Assembly (NCBI RefSeq): GCF_016432865.1
Contig: NC_067402.1
Span: 201,376,001 to 201,440,000 of the forward strand
Length of the DNA: 64,000 bases
From: Antechinus flavipes
Taxonomy: Eukaryota
Direction: 5' to 3'
Position numbers and translations under genes: made by a program. Positions 63,651 to 64,000 of the stretch are shown here, one piece after another (positions within the stretch are counted from its first letter, which is position 1; every line of letters starts with the position of its first letter). Under the pieces are notes generated by a model that did no database searches, was not told the origin of the DNA, and saw only the letters and a program-made list of their open reading frames with translations.

Positions 63651-64000
63651 ATGATCCCAGGCATTCAAAATGTATGTATGTATGCTAAGACTTAACATTC
63701 TGGACATAGGACATCCCCCCTACTCTTAAACATTTGCTTATGTAGCAGAGTTACAGTTAAATTTCCTGGGTTCCTCCTCCTCACTCCTGAATTTTTGTCA
63801 CACAATTCAGAAAACATTATTATTGCAAGGATCCAGATCATCCCACTTCTCTCCCATTTTTGTATTCTTTGATCCACAGATTCCACTTCTAAGTCTATAT
63901 TCCTTGCAAGTTAAAGATAATTGAAACTGGATGTTATAAAATTATAATGAACAAAATTAGCCCCAAATAAACTATACGAAAAGATGTCTTCTTCCACCTA

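Noticed and set aside
1-64000. CRISPR arrays, prokaryotic operons, rRNA/tRNA genes
   Set aside because: This is mammalian repeat-rich DNA. There are no regularly spaced direct repeats, and the tRNA-like boxes occur only as SINE heads.

Overview
This is AT-rich, CpG-depleted eukaryotic genomic DNA. The repeat families indicate a marsupial, probably a dasyurid (inference from WSINE1-type and MAR1-type SINEs, marsupial-type L1 ends and RTE LINEs, all recognised by eye). Much of the window is decayed transposable elements: many L1/HAL1 fragments (often nested), L2, CR1/L3, RTE, MIR/MAR1/WSINE1 SINEs, hAT-Charlie MITEs, a condensed gammaretrovirus-like (ERV1) gag-pol remnant and two related solo LTRs with 6-bp target-site duplications. 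I cannot confidently identify any intact protein-coding gene. Most ORF-track entries are sense or antisense reads through repeats. The best unexplained lead is a ~1.1-kb decayed coding-like segment at ~50180-51300, either a retrocopy or an endogenous viral element of unknown identity. Other leads are a probable L1 3'-transduction, an L1 insertion with a non-L1 5' segment, a head-to-head L1 fusion with microhomology, a templated-insertion-like motif patch, a CTCF-like site and several candidate splice exons. Repeat family names come from recalled consensus sequences, not from a database search, and their boundaries are approximate.
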